Shown piece by piece: positions 1 to 14,788 of a DNA stretch of 64,000 nucleotides (positions within the stretch are counted from its first letter, which is position 1; each line of letters starts with the position of its first letter). Origin of the DNA: the human T2T-CHM13v2.0 reference genome, Homo sapiens; the NCBI RefSeq assembly GCF_009914755.1, contig NC_060930.1. One strand, 5' to 3'. Position numbers and translations under genes: made by a program. The notes beneath the pieces are model-generated. The model did no database searches. It was given only the letters and a program-made list of their open reading frames with translations, and was not told where the DNA came from.

Positions 1-51
1 CCTCAGCCTCCCAAAATGCTGGGATTACAGGCGTGAGCCACCATGCCTGGT
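1..51 (-). mobile_element. Alu (partial, window edge)
   Basis: Alu left-arm consensus. Confidence 0.85.
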
Positions 52-190
52 CCTCTTTAATTCATTTTTATGTATTCTGTCTATCAAACATTGACTTGGA
101 TGTTATTTGGGGTTAATATATGTACATTACACGTGAGTGATTTTTTTGGCTGGGCTTTGACTTAACCTACTTCTTTATTTTCTGATTCAG

Positions 191-291
191 AGTAACAGAC
201 ATAAACCTGGGGAAGCTGGTGCGAGGGGATGCCCATGAATGTTTTGTTTCACCTGTTGCCAAAGCTGTAATTGAACTTCTTGAAAAATCAG
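191..291 (+). CDS. MTHFD1L: MTHFD1L exon 6 (101 nt): (G)VTDINLGKLVRGDAHECFVSPVAKAVIELLEKS(G)
   Basis: ttttctgattcag|A acceptor; TCAG|gtagga donor; phases 2/1. Confidence 0.96.
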
Positions 292-707
292 GTAGGATGC
301 TCCTTGAGAAATGCCGCTGATTTCTATTTATTGGTATTTACATTATTTTTAATAAGGATTTGTTTGGGGAAGAATTAAAAATTTTTTTAAATTATTATTC
401 TGATATCCTTTTAGGATGTTTCTAGAAGATTCTAATTGAACATAGAAGTGATATTTCACGTTGACTTTTTTTATTTTTCTCATCTTTTGGGAGATACAGA
501 TGAATACCTAGAAACTTTTTCTAGTAAGACCATCTTATAAATTAAAAGAGAAATTAGTAGAGATAAACGATTAGCCCTGTTTTAAACATGCTCAATTTCT
601 CTCATGAAACAGTCAAAATAACCACAGTAAAATATGCTTCCAGTTTCAGCTTACTAAATCTATCAATATGTAGCCTTAGATAAGACTTACGTTGAAGACT
701 TAAATGA

Positions 708-1015
708 GGCCAGGCACAGCGGCTCATGCCTATAATCTCAGTGCTAGGCGAGGCCAAGGCCAGAGGATCACTTCAGGCCAGGAGTTCGAGACCAGCCTGG
801 GCAAACATACTGAGACCTTGTCTCTACAAAAAAAATTTAAAAATTAGCTGGGTATGGTGGTGTGCACGTGTAGTCCCAGCTATGCTGGAGGCTCAGGCGG
901 GAAGATCGCTTGAGCCCAGGAGTTTGAGGTTACAGTGAGCTGTGATTGCACCACTGCACTCTAGCCTGGGCAATATAGCAAGACCCTGCCTCAAAAAAAA
1001 AAAAAAAAAAAAAAA
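708..1015 (+). mobile_element. Alu (J-like)
   Basis: Dimeric consensus with poly(A). Confidence 0.9.
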
Positions 1016-1264
1016 GAGAAGAAGAAGAAGCCGGTAGATGTAGTTTAGGGCACAGGAGCCTAGGTTGGGATTTATTGGTGAGCAGCTTGCTTTTCAGTAG
1101 TCAGGACTTAATTTCCATTGTTGTCCCCTTGACTTGGCGTTTTTATGTCAGTGAAATAGAAATGAATATTTTCTCTTTCTTCATTATTAAGTTTAATGAG
1201 TAAATTACTACCAAGTATTTATATATTTAAGGGCTTTCTGAGAACATAAAGATTCAACTAATTG

Positions 1265-1565
1265 GGCCGGCACAGTAGCTCACACCTGTAATCCCAGCAC
1301 TTTGTGGAGCCAAGATGGGAGGATTGCTTGAGCCCAGGAGTTTGAGACCAGCTTGGGGAACATAGGGAGACTCCATCTCTACCAAAAAAAATTTTTTTTT
1401 TAATTAGCCAGGTGTGGTGACTTGTGCCTGTAGTCCCGGCTACTTGGGAGGCTGAGGTAGGAGAATGGCTGGAGCCTGGGAGGTCAAGGCTTCAGTGAGC
1501 TGTGATCACACCGCAGCATTCCATCCTGGGCAACAAGCAAGATCCTATCTGAAAAAAAAAAAAAA
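1265..1565 (+). mobile_element. Alu (J-like)
   Basis: Dimer; TSD-like attcaac.a. Confidence 0.9.
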
Positions 1566-2017
1566 AGAAAAGAAAAAATTCAACGAACTAAATCTTTTTC
1601 TCTACTCCAGTTTGAATAGAAATGAAGCAAATGCCCCTCCCTACCCCTGAACATCCAACAATCAAAGAAAAATTTCAAAAATATATGGCAAAGTTTTATT
1701 AAAAGGTTAACATTCAGGATATATATGCTTTTTGGACAGTAATATTAAGCTCAAATCTATGAAATAATCCATATATACAGTGCTTTTTCATTACGTGGAT
1801 TATCAAGATGAAGATTCTGAGCCACTTCATTAGAAAGTACTCAAAGAAAAGAGTAAATTAGGCTGGTGAGTTATAGTTACATATTGTGGAAAGAAATTCA
1901 GCAACAGGAATTGGAACCAAAAGGGTTTGAATAGAGAATTTTTGTTGATTACAACACCCCACTCCTAGTTCCTAGTCATTGTAGGTTGGTGCTGAGAAAG
2001 TTCAAGTTTTAAAAGGG

Positions 2018-2313
<296 letters not shown>

Positions 2314-2401
2314 TAAAAGGGTCTTTTTTTCTTAAGATAAAGTTCTTAAAGGAAGGATCTGAAGTTTTGAGTATAATATTGAATTTTCATTTGGTTAGTA
2401 G

Positions 2402-2538
2402 GTGTCAACCTAGATGGAAAGAAGATTTTGGTAGTGGGGGCCCATGGGTCTTTGGAAGCTGCTCTACAATGCCTGTTCCAGAGAAAAGGGTCCATGACAA
2501 TGAGCATCCAGTGGAAAACACGCCAGCTTCAAAGCAAG
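2402..2538 (+). CDS. MTHFD1L: MTHFD1L exon 7 (137 nt; 140 nt from alternative acceptor at 2399): (G)VNLDGKKILVVGAHGSLEAALQCLFQRKGSMTMSIQWKTRQLQSK
   Basis: ttagtag|GT tandem acceptor; AAG|gtaaat donor; overlaps ORF 2428..2622. Confidence 0.96.
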
Positions 2539-3280
2539 GTAAATTTCATGTTAGAAACATACATCTTGAAGGCTTCTGTTAGAACAGAAGAAAGTCTAGA
2601 AATGTATAAGCTAAGTGCTTAATTCAAGAAATTAGAGGAAGAAAATTGAATAGACCCATATCCATTAAAGACATTGAATGAGTCTACTCACCAGACAAAC
2701 AAACAAGAAAAGGCAACAGGTGGTTTTACAAATGAGCTCTATCAAACAAAGAACAGATCATTCTAATACAATCCTTTTCTCCAGCAAATGGAAAAAGAAG
2801 GAACGTGGCCTAACAGACTTTATGAGTGCCAAAACCAAAGAAGGGTAACATGCTAAAGGAAAATTAACAGGCCAGTTTCAGCTATGAATATAAATGAAAT
2901 AATCGTGAGCGAAATCTGAGAACACCAAATACAGCAGGAAGTAGGGTTTATTTTAGGATTTCCAGGTGATTGAACATGAGAAAGTCTGTCACTGTAATTC
3001 ACCACATTGTGATTAAAAACTAAATTCTCACCATAGTAAGTACAGAACAGTCATTTGGTAAATCTAATATGCATTATGACCTTTTGAAAGTAATTATAAT
3101 TTTGATGAAAATTATTAAGAAGACCCATATAAAAGCAGAGGTATCATCTTCATGGAGAAGATGCAATATCTTAAAGATACTAATTGTCTGCAAATTTTGT
3201 AGAATTTGACAGTCTGATTCTGAAATCCAAATGGAAGCATAAAGGACAAAGAGAGTCAAGACAATTTTGTGGAAAAACTA

Positions 3281-3784
<504 letters not shown>

Positions 3785-4412
3785 TTATGTATATGAGTCT
3801 AGCATAGGATTACTAACCTGCCACTACATATAAAAATCACTTCTATATTAAAATACCTAAATGTGGAAAGCAAAACTGTAAAACTTATAGAAAAAAATAT
3901 AGGCGTATGCATTTAAGAGGTTGGCGTTGGAAGGATAGCTTAAGAGACCCCAAAAGCACAGATTGCTAAAGAAAAGGTATATAAATCTGACTGCATCCAA
4001 ATTTTTAAAAACCCCAAAGTTTTTCTTTCTGAAAAGAAGTTCTTAAAAAAGTGAAAAGACAGCTATAGTGTAGAAGATATTTACAACAAACATTTAGCCA
4101 ATAATTAGTGTCTTATAAAAGATTCCTACAAATCAGTGAGACAAAGACAATCTGTTAGAAAAATGGACACATGACAGACCACTAACAGGTGAGGAACCCG
4201 AGGTTTAAAAGACACGTGAAAAGCTGTCTGGTTTCCTGCTGTTTTTGCTCACCAGTCATATTGGCAGTAGGTAAAAAGTGCCAGTTAGCCATATTGACAA
4301 ATGTCTGGAGCTATGGGAATTCATATATTGCTGGCGGGAGTTTAAATTTGAAATAGGCATTTCGGAAAGCAGTTTAATGGAGTTTGAGCTACTCTTTGAC
4401 CCAGGAATTTCA

Positions 4413-4814
<402 letters not shown>

Positions 4815-5120
4815 TCAGAGCAGCATGTTTATAGTGCAAAAAGTTTTGTTTGTTTGTTTAAGACAGAGGGGCAGTGGTGGTTCTGTGGGTCTTGGCCCCT
4901 TTCTGCTGTCAGGGCTGAGTTGGCTCCATGAGTTGGTGAAAGCGGTATCTAGCCAGGTTCAAGGGAGACAGGGGCAGGATTTCGCCTTCACTGATGGGCA
5001 GGCCAGCGGTCCCCTGTGGAACGGTGACTATTGAATATTGAGAGGACAGTATCCCTCCCTGAGCATCTTCTGGAGCTTGATGACCACTAGGGAATGTATC
5101 TGAGTCACGCGCACCAAATA

Positions 5121-5375
5121 TGTTACCGGTGGCAGCTATTCGAGTTATCCCGAGTTCGTGCTGGTGTATCCGTACAGTTCTGCAGCAACTTCAGCTCTTG
5201 CCTCCTCGGAAGAAAGAATTGGACTGAGGGCCATAAGGCAGAAGGAGAGACTGAGGCAAGTTTCAGAGCAGGACGGAAAGTCTAGCAAAAAGCTCTAGAA
5301 CAGTAAGGAAAGGAAAGAAGGAAAGTATAACTTGGAAGAGAGCCAAGCAGGCGACTTGAAAAACCAAGTGCACTG
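5121..5375 (-). mobile_element. ERV1 LTR fragment (MER50/MER4-group-like)
   Basis: tgttaccgg terminus; cttgcctcctcggaagaaagaattggactgagggccataaggcagaaggagagactgaggcaag motif; subfamily from memory. Confidence 0.6.
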
Positions 5376-5526
5376 CAACAAGTATTTAAACAGTGATCTA
5401 AATGCCCATCAGGGTGAAAGGATAAATCAGTATAGTTGCATGTAGAGTATGCATAGTCATAGTTCATAAAACAATGATATACAAGCAGTGAAAATTAATA
5501 AACTAGAGCTGTAGATAGCAACATGT

Positions 5527-5843
5527 TTTCTTGTTTTGTTTTTTGTTTGTTTGTTTTTTTGAGACGAAGTCTCCCTCTATCCCCCAGGCTGCAGTGCAGT
5601 GGCGCGAACTCGGCTCACTGCAACCTCTGTCTCCTGGGTTCAAGTGATTCTTCTGCCTCAGCCTCCTGAGTAGCTGGGACTACAGGTGTGCGCCACCATG
5701 CCCAGCTAATTTTTGTATTTTTAGTAGAGACAGGGTTTCACCATGTTGGCCAGGCTGGTCTGGAACTCCTGACCTCAGGTGATCCGCCCACCTCGACCTC
5801 CCAAAATGCTGAGATTACAGGCATGAGCTACCGCGCCCGGGCT
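5527..5843 (-). mobile_element. Alu (S-like)
   Basis: Dimer. Confidence 0.9.
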
Positions 5844-5943
5844 GGAAGAATTTTTTAAAACACTGTTCAGTGAACAAAAACCCAAGTTGCAGAAGGATGT
5901 ATTTCATACAACACCATTTATATGTGTCTGAAAGCAACACAAC

Positions 5944-6142
5944 ATATATATATATATGTAATCTAATACATACATACATATAATATGTATTACATATAAT
6001 CCTTATATATATATAGAATCTTAATATATATATTTAGGTCAGGACATTTAGATCACTGTTTAATATATATATTAGGATTATATATAATATATATTATATT
6101 ATTATGTATTAATTATATAATCCTTATATATATATTAGGATT
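5944..6142. repeat. AT-rich low-complexity/(TA)n region with inverted repeats
   Basis: Direct reading. Confidence 0.85.
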
Positions 6143-7588
6143 CCATGCAAATGAAGTAAAAATATAAAGAAATAATGCAAACTACGAACCAAATCCGAAA
6201 AGCATTTATTGAGGCAAGGATGTGGATATAGATGGAAAGGAAACCTAGACACCTTCATGCCTTTTTTCTTAAACTGGGCAATAGGTGTTGTCTAGGTATG
6301 TTAGGTTATTGTTTTCCATTTCTATGTCTGAAATGATTGTTTTTCATTTTAAAAAATGATGGTACAGCTCACAGATCTAAAGCAAAGTGAAGTTTTAAAT
6401 GAATGCATTAAGTACAATCAGTAACTACAGAATGTGATCTAAAAATACATGTTCCTCATGTTGCAGGGTGAGAATGGAAATGAGGAGTAAATTGTAATCG
6501 TGCCAGGGAAGCCAGGTGTCTCAGCAGATTTGGAATCTTTGCATGGCAGGTGGATCCAATTTATGTAATGCTTGGGTTAAGACAGCTCAGGAAGGCAGCC
6601 TTGCAATGAAACGTGAACCTGTGTGCGTTTTTAGCAGTCACCACATGGTGGCAGCCTATCCAAGAAAATTCAAGGGCAATAGTTTGCACTTGAGAGCCCA
6701 GAAATTTTGATTTGGAAGCTCAGTGGAAGAGGAAAATAAACCGTGCCCTGCACTGAACAGCTGTGGTGAAGAGAGAAAATACCTTCCTTGGCAATTGAAT
6801 GTTTTCGCAGCTGTCACAGATACTTTTGCTAGTTGTATCTATATTTTTGAAAAACAAAGACATTTTTCAAAGTACTTTTTTATTACGGGAATAAATCACC
6901 TTGTCTCTGTACTTTGGGATGAATCTCATCTGAACTTTGAGAACGATTAAGTGGCTTCACTTTCTGGAGAATCTGGTCATTGGGTAACATTCTTGTTTTC
7001 ATATGGACCAGAAGGTTCTCTTTCATAGTTGATGTTGCACACACGTTTTTTTCCCTAAGTCCTTGGTATTTATAGTGGCACCATTGCGAATGTTAGAGGC
7101 TATCAACTTTCATTCTTATTATTGCTTCATCTTTGTAGCCAAAAATATGGGAAGAAATGTTCATAGCCCCGCCCCATACTTGTCCCCCTCTACCTGGCCT
7201 ACCTACCTACGTCAGGCTCCTGTCCCACCACAAATGACAGCCTGTGTCTTTCATGTTAGCAGCTAGTCTTTCACTAGCCACATACTTCCCCGTAACCCAT
7301 ATGCCTCCCTGTGTCTGCCTGACGTTTGAATTGTCACTATTCTGTTGTTGTATTTTTACAAGAAGAATGTATGGGGCAGAAAACCCTTGCCATTCATTTC
7401 CTGAGTAGGAATTCTAGCCTTCCTTGGAGTCGTGGTAATATGGAGACATGGTAATATGTGGATTGTACCACTCAATGGCTGTCTGGAGGCCACAGTGGTG
7501 CAAAAAGCCACCTAGGCATGGGTTAGTGTCCTGGGGCACCCAATCAGGACAGGACACCTGGCACACCCTTGGAAAAGCTTCACTGTGA

Positions 7589-7961
<373 letters not shown>

Positions 7962-8518
7962 TAAAAGTGCATTTTAAGATTATAATCTATTTAACTTCTC
8001 CTTATTGGCAATGGTAAAAGAGTTAAGGAAAAAAGAGAATAAGCTTAGGATTATGGCTACTAAGTAGAAGGACGTTATCTTTGACGGGCATTTCTGTTGT
8101 GCTTATTTGTACCTGACATGGAACAAGACCCCCCCATCCCCTCAACACATACCTGCTGTGGGACATCTGGCTAGAGATTTCCAAAGCTGAGGGTGAAAGG
8201 TTTGGGCATCGGTGTGACTGTGTAACACTAGAGTTCTATCTACCATCTCTTAAACTACAGGTAGTCTTACCGGTGTGGGCTGACCTTCCGGTTATCAGGC
8301 AGCCTGCTGCAACCACTAGAAACTGCCTTTGAAGGTTTCCAGTCCGGCACAACATTTGTGTTCTCATTAAACAGTAGAGCATAGGCTTTGGGGACACACA
8401 GCTCTGGGCTCAAGCCTTAGCTGTTGCTGCTCTGAGCCTGTTCCCTCGCGTAGAAAGGCAATCATAATACTCCCTACTTTATGGGGCAGTTGTGGGAATG
8501 GAATTAAATGCTAATGTG

Positions 8519-8769
8519 GGCCGGGTGCAGTGGTTCACGCCTGTAATCCCAGCACTTTGGGAGGCTGAGGAGGGCAGATTGCTTGAGCCCAGGAGTTTGA
8601 GACCAGCCTGGCAACATGGCGAAACTCCATCTCTAAAAAAGTACAAAAATTAGCCAGGCGTGGTGGCTGTAGTCCCAGGTACTTTGGAGGCTGAGGTGGG
8701 ATGATCACCTGAATCTGGGGAGGTCGAGGTTGCAGTGAGCTGAGATTGCACCACCGCACTGCAACCTGG
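8519..8769 (+). mobile_element. Alu (J-like, tail missing)
   Basis: Consensus stops before the 3' end. Confidence 0.88.
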
Positions 8770-10499
8770 AGTGCAGGCTGGAGGAAGAGAAATATATGGG
8801 TCAATTAGGCAAATCACTCAGATCGTAAGTAGATATACTAGTAAAATAGCGTGACTTAGGGTCCTTCACTGGAAGCCTGGTATTAATGCTTCCATTGTGT
8901 GGGTGGGGGAAGGAGAGAGTGTCTCCAGCTCTCTGTCTGTGAGGTCTCCCAGCCGAATATTGGCCAAGGGAGTGAAACCAGAAGCAAGACTACCATGAGA
9001 CAACGTTCCAGAGAGAGGAGGGACTAACCAGAGCAGGTGCCCAGCTTTGGCCAGTCAGGCTCATCTTCCAGTCCTCAGTAGATTATTATCAACTTTAAGT
9101 GATGTCACAGACTCCCTTCCTCCAAAGCTGTGGACCTCTTCCTTCCCATGCCTCTTGTTACTTGGAAGTCACTCTACTTCCAAACATGTCGGCTGGAGAT
9201 CCCTGATGGGCCAGTTACTACTTTCAGGCTCTGTAGGTTTAAAGAATGGTTATATCCAGTTAGTTACAAATAGAAATCGATCCTTTCTCTGTCCGTCTGT
9301 CTAAACGGAAGGATATTCTGTGGACGCTGATTAGGTATAAAATCTCCACGGAGCCTGAGCATGAAGAATTGACCTTCTTAGGGTTCCACAGAAACCAGAA
9401 TAGACTTCTGTGTTTGGTAGCTTTGTAACTTACGCCCGTTGAGGTGTACGGTTGAAAATTGAGAATAAATTTCCTGTTCTGTTTCTGAGCATCTTTTCCA
9501 GGCTTGGAGATGCGTTGAGCATTTCCACGGAGACCCTAGAGGTGGGGAGGGGAAGAACGCCTGGGCATTTGTCCAAATTAGCCATATGCTGTGGAGTGTC
9601 ACATGTCAGGAAGCCAAGGCACTGGAGCTAGTGTTTTTGGGCAGGGCTAGGGAACCCCCCGCCTTTCCTCCACCCAAACGCAGGCCCCCACACCCAGCGT
9701 CCTGGGCCCTGCAGGGGAATGACACTGTTGGTTTCACTCTCAGGAATGAGCCTAGATTTGGAGGTAACCTCTTCCTGACCCCGATGATTTCACTCTGATG
9801 CCAAAACCAGTCTGAAGTGGGTGTGGTTTTGCATTTGGTGTTTACAAGGTGGAGTGGTGCCCTCTGCACGGAAGGGAGAGGTGGGCAGGTACGGCAGGGC
9901 CCTGCTCCCTCGGGAGTCTCCTCTGAACCTGTGGTTAGGGCACAGCTGGACAATGCTGAAATGGTCTCCAGCTGGGAGATGAGGTAAACCTCAGCTGCAT
10001 GCCGAAGAAATAACCTAGAAATCAGAGAACCGTTTTATTTTGTTTTTCTCAGAGGATCTCATTTCTCCCTCTCCTCCTGAGCACAGAGACCCTCAAAACT
10101 GGTATTCACAGAAGGAAAAAATATAGGTCTTTCACCTTTGAAGGATCAAAGTGTCTAGGGTTTTTTGTGGTTTTTTTTTTTTTTTTTTTGAACAAAGCTG
10201 AACTATTACAAAGTCCTTTTCAGTTTAAATTTAGTGCATGGCATGGCTCATGAAAGACTTTTAAAAGTGAATTGGAAAATTCTAAATGTACTTGTATTAT
10301 ACATGTGAAAGGATGACTTCTTAAAAAAAGAATAATGTCTGTCCCAAACGGGAGAAGGAAGGAACTCTAGCTTTTAAACTGCACTACATTAGTGAGTTAC
10401 ATGACAATTCTCCTTTTAACAGGATGGAATGCACTTAAAGCAGTAATGTGCTATGGTGACAGTAATGACAGACAATGTTAATTGACAGAATGGCTACTC

Positions 10500-10660
10500 T
10501 GAACCAGGCACTGTCTTGTACTCCTGTTATCTCAGTGGTCTTCACACTTATTCTGTTAGGCAGGACTGTCATCCTCCCCACATTACAGATGAGGAAACTG
10601 ACTGAGGCTTAGAGAGGAGACTTTGCAAAGATCATGTGATTAAAAAATGGTAGAGGTGGC
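10500..10660 (-). mobile_element. MIR
   Basis: ttacagatgaggaaactga...ggcttagagagg core. Confidence 0.7.
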
Positions 10661-11386
10661 AAAACAGCCTGTGTTTTTAACACTGTCCCATGTCAGCTCT
10701 TATTCCAGATCATCACATAAAGTCTAATCTCTAATCTTGAAAACCAAAAAGCACCTGCCACCTCAGATAAGAGAGACCAAGACCCTAGACATTCGACTTG
10801 TGTTGAATTCACTCTTATTTTGTTTTGATGTTTGTAATCCCAGAGCCATACTTGTTAATGAGCTGAAGTAGAGTGAATGCTGTCCCCTCCCTGAGGCCTG
10901 GGGCTCATCATCAGCTCTCCAGGCTCCCCTTTCAGAGGGGATGGTGAGCACCTTCGGAGAGGGCAGGGATGGACACACAAGACAGCCTCAGTTATGTGAG
11001 TTCATCCCCTCCCCTGCCTGCTGTGGGTGAGATGGAGAAAAAAGCACTGGACCCTCCTGGGCATCACAGCCTTGTACTTAGCGAGTGGCTGAGGTCATCA
11101 GTAGCCCAGGTCATCAGTAGTGTGGAATTAAGTGCACTGAATAGTGTTGGCCCCTGAGCTTTGTTTGACAGATTTAGGGGGTCAGCTCACCACTTTCCCC
11201 TCTTGCTTCTGTCTGATCATTGCTCTGTTTGTTAATACCAAGGAAGAAAGTGAATAGAACTTTTTAGAGAGCCAAAAAAACTTTATTAGACTTTATGCCA
11301 TTCATTATACTTAGCAGTGTTGAGGGAAGGATTTGTGAGACGATATATTCAAACTAATGGGCATGAGACCAAGAAGGGGCTGTGTG

Positions 11387-11738
<352 letters not shown>

Positions 11739-12403
11739 TTAAGCTGAGAAATTAAGATTGAGAAGAAATGATGTATTGTCGTTATATCAAATATGTGAGT
11801 AAAAACATAATTAAAACACCATCTATCTCCAGTTTTCCCAACATTACCTCCCTTTTATGATGCCCTTCCTGTACCTTATTAGGCAAAATATTCTAATTTC
11901 AGTCTCATTGGATTATGTTCTAAATGTTTGAAGGTTGGTCTGAACATGGAATGTATTTTCTCATAGATATAATAGTATAAATGGTGTTAGGGTCATGGGA
12001 TTGCGAAGCCAGTTCCACTGCAGTAGAATCATATTGACTTGCTTTCCGATTTTTCTGTGGGAAACTTCATCTGGAGCTTTAATGCACTTCTTAGCTGTGG
12101 GGTAAGTTTCAGCCTCCATGACGCTTGTGTTACTTTGTAGTCACCTGTGGCCAACCACAAATAAATCTTTGTGGTCATCAGGGGCCAGTGAAGTGTATAC
12201 TGCACAAAAGAGAGCCTACCCCAATTCTGGAAGAAGGGCTGCAGGCCTGTGTCCCACAAAGAACAGGCAGGAAGCATCACCTTCAGCCCACTGGCAGCAG
12301 GTCATCTCCCATTTGCTTTTCTGCACTATCAGCAGAGTCTGGCTTCCTTTTCCACCCCCTCTCCAATGTGAATGCTTTTTAAGGTCGTGGAATTAGAATT
12401 TAA

Positions 12404-13043
<640 letters not shown>

Positions 13044-13384
13044 TGAAAACCATAAATGTCAGGAAATGCAAAGCAGAATTTTCCCCTGCAACGGCAGTTT
13101 GCATGAATATGAAGACGCTGTATGGATGAAAGTTTGTGGCTGCAGCATGAGCATAAATCCTCGGGGCTGCTGTTCGTCTAGGAGCCTGACTTGCCTGGTG
13201 TTGCCCTGAGAACTGCAACTTGAGCATTTCCTTAATTTTGTACTAAAGGAACCAAAATGAGGTATTTTGGTTCTAAGTCTTTGTCATGTGAAGGAAGCTT
13301 CCTGTTACCACCCCCCATCTACATACACATTCTCTTTCTTAGCCCCACGTTTGAATTTTATGTTTTTCCTAAAGTATAGGGAAG

Positions 13385-13405
13385 ATTATTATTATTATTA
13401 TTATT
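13385..13405 (+). repeat. (ATT)7 microsatellite upstream of exon 8A acceptor; corresponds to rs3832406, c.781-6823ATT(7-9)
   Basis: Seven ATT units counted; 20208 (exon 8 start) minus 6823 = 13385, exactly the first base of the repeat. Confidence 0.9.
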
Positions 13406-13416
13406 TTCTTTTTCAG

Positions 13417-13464
13417 ACGGAGTCTCGTTCTGTCACCAGGCTGGAGTGCAGGCGCGTGATCTAG
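13417..13464 (+). CDS. MTHFD1L: MTHFD1L alternative terminal exon 8A, coding part TESRSVTRLECRRVI* (short isoform); 3'UTR extends to about 13555
   Basis: ttcttttcag-type acceptor ending 13416; phase 0 matches exon 7; TAG at 13462-13464; antisense Alu right-arm origin; peptide matches my recollection of the 275-aa isoform C-terminus. Confidence 0.9.
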   Translation, partial: TESRSVTRLECRRVI

Positions 13465-13533
13465 GCTCACTGCAAGCTCTGCCTCCCAGGTTGAAGTGAT
13501 TCTCCTGTGAAAGGGAATTATTTTTGATGAGTC

Positions 13534-13539
13534 ATTAAA
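13534..13539 (+). terminator. ATTAAA polyadenylation signal for the exon 8A short transcript
   Basis: First PAS hexamer after the 8A stop codon; T-rich sequence follows at about 13567-13600. Confidence 0.65.
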
Positions 13540-14248
13540 GTATATCCATTCCCAGAATGGTGCTGCATTTTTCCTTTTATCATCTGTCATGACTTTTTTA
13601 AGTGTGAAGCTTACTTCCAGAGGAATTGTCTTTTCTAGCATTTTGGACACAACTAAATATCTTTGGTATTTTCTTCTCATATGTTGAGCAGTAAATTAAG
13701 TTGAATGGTGAAGTCAGAGGTGAACTTAGGAACATTTAGAAAAAGGAAGGTCATTTATTATTTTTCAGGGGAAAAGTTTGGTAGAAAAATGCTGTAATCC
13801 TAATTCCCAGATGTCCATTTGGCTTGTAGTCATTTTGATTTATGAAATAATCATAAGAAATGTCTTCAAATTTTAAAAGCCAATAATTTGTTCTACTAAT
13901 CACAGATGAGAGTAGAAATAAAAGAAACACACCCAATTCCTGAAAGGAAAAAAATTCTCCCAGGATGAGATCACTGGGTGGACGTGAAGTGGGTAAAATA
14001 CCTTTTGCTGCAATTGTCATCCCCTTATCTTGCCAAAGTACGACAACATCTGAATGAAGATGGTTTGATGTTCTTAGTTTAGAGTAGTTATACTATTATT
14101 TTAACATTCCTATTTAATGATATGTTTTAATACTGCAGGGGAAAGGTAGATACAGATTCATAGCTACAAAGCAATACTCTTATGATCAATGTTCATTTAA
14201 TTTCAAATACAAAGTTAGACATTCAGAGTTAAAAAAAATTAATGCATA

Positions 14249-14536
14249 GGCTGGGTGCAGTGGCTCACGCCTGTAATCCCAGCACTTTGGGAGGCCGAGG
14301 CAGGCGGATCATGAGGTCAGGAGTGTGAGACCAGCCTGACCAACATGGGGAAACTCCATCTCTACTAAAAATACAAAAATTAGCTGGGTGTGGTGGCATG
14401 CGCCTGTAATCCTAGCTACTCAGGAGGCTGAGACAGGAGAATCGTTGAACCCAGGAGGCAGAGGTTGCAGCGAGCTGAGATTGCACCACTGCACTCCAGC
14501 CTGGGCCACAGAGTGAGATTCCATCTCAAAAAAAAA
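14249..14536 (+). mobile_element. Alu (S-like) followed by (TA)n
   Basis: Dimer. Confidence 0.9.
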
Positions 14537-14726
14537 TAGATATATATATATATTTTATATTATATTATATATTATATATTTATATTTTTATATATATAAA
14601 TGAATAAACAAGGCATCTGCTTATGAAACAGTCTGCCTGAATGAAATCTCCATTTGCAGGCAACACAGTCTACAGTAATGGCAGGACTGTATTAGGCATG
14701 GTTCCTAATGCCCATTTCTGTAGCAA

Positions 14727-14788
14727 AGTCACCAGTAGTTCCTAATTGCCAAAAGTGAGTCACCGGTAGTTCCTAATTGCCAAAAGTG
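14727..14788 (+). repeat. 31-bp tandem duplication (2 copies, 1 mismatch)
   Basis: agtcacc(a/g)gtagttcctaattgccaaaagtg twice. Confidence 0.92.

Larger units (their letters stand above)
13385..13507 (-). mobile_element. 5'-truncated Alu right arm, exonised as exon 8A
   Basis: agacggagtctcgttctgtcaccaggctggagtgcag...tgattctcctg; TSD-like aggga..attatt on both sides. Confidence 0.9.

Noticed and set aside
14727-14788. CRISPR-like repeat
   Set aside because: Two abutting copies with no spacer, in a human intron with no cas genes
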